A stretch of DNA of 62,315 bases, the filler included, from Chiloscyllium plagiosum (Eukaryota): NCBI RefSeq assembly GCF_004010195.1. It is 4 parts of one record of this genome, joined end to end, with 100 filler letters (N's around TTAATTAATTAA, not from the genome) between each part and the next. Parts side by side here need not be neighbours in the genome. Positions count along the whole stretch, not along the records: positions 56,043 to 62,315 come from NC_057710.1; 3 more parts are not named here. One strand, 5' to 3'. A program made the position numbers and the translations under genes. The notes below the pieces were generated by a model, which saw nothing but the letters and a program-made list of their open reading frames with translations, was not told the DNA's origin and made no database searches. Shown here piece after piece: positions 62,201 through 62,315 of this stretch. Position 1 is the stretch's first letter; each line of letters starts with the position of its first letter.

Positions 62201-62315
62201 GGTGGCACGGTGGCACAGTGGTTAGCACTGCTGCCTCACAGCGCCAGAGACCCGGGTTCATTTCCCGCCTCAGGCGACTGACTGTGTGGAGTTTGCACGT
62301 TCTCCCCGTGTCTGC
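62201..62315 (+). mobile_element. Young HE1 SINE 5' part (truncated by the window end)
   Basis: A-box tggcacagtgg, B-box gggttcatttcc, V-domain. Confidence 0.93.

Noticed and set aside
62201..62275. tRNA gene
   Set aside because: tRNA-derived head of an HE1 SINE, continuing into the V-domain
60868..62315. Third OGA-like coding exon (expected W.LNTYLY.PKDD)
   Set aside because: Not found by eye; presumably lies beyond the window

Overview
Vertebrate genomic DNA, most likely from an elasmobranch (shark). That is an inference from the repeat content: HE1/V-SINEs, CR1 (HER1-type) LINEs, a SacSINE1-like Deu-SINE and Penelope-like elements. Most of the window is nested, decayed transposable elements plus micro- and minisatellites. 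It has four N-gaps, three of which carry an artificial TTAATTAATTAA linker. The only host protein-coding sequence I can support is two small + strand exons near the end (57549-57588 and 60816-60867). They splice in frame to [31 protein letters not shown], the start of a GH84 protein O-GlcNAcase. The very short N-terminus suggests the non-mammalian OGA-like paralogue; the ORF track does not show the second exon. The most notable non-gene signal is about 19 short Penelope-like terminal (pLTR) fragments. Many carry minimal hammerhead-ribozyme motifs with co-varying stem II, and several are fold-back (inverted) insertions with clean 11-18 bp target-site duplications. Other points are a CR1 with a twin-priming-type 5' inversion, multi-layer nested insertions, a solo LTR inside a palindromic G-rich/C-rich element, and repeat-free CpG-rich islands at 17.1-17.6 kb and 20-23.4 kb with orphan splice signals. 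All identifications are by eye and from recalled family motifs; no searches were run.
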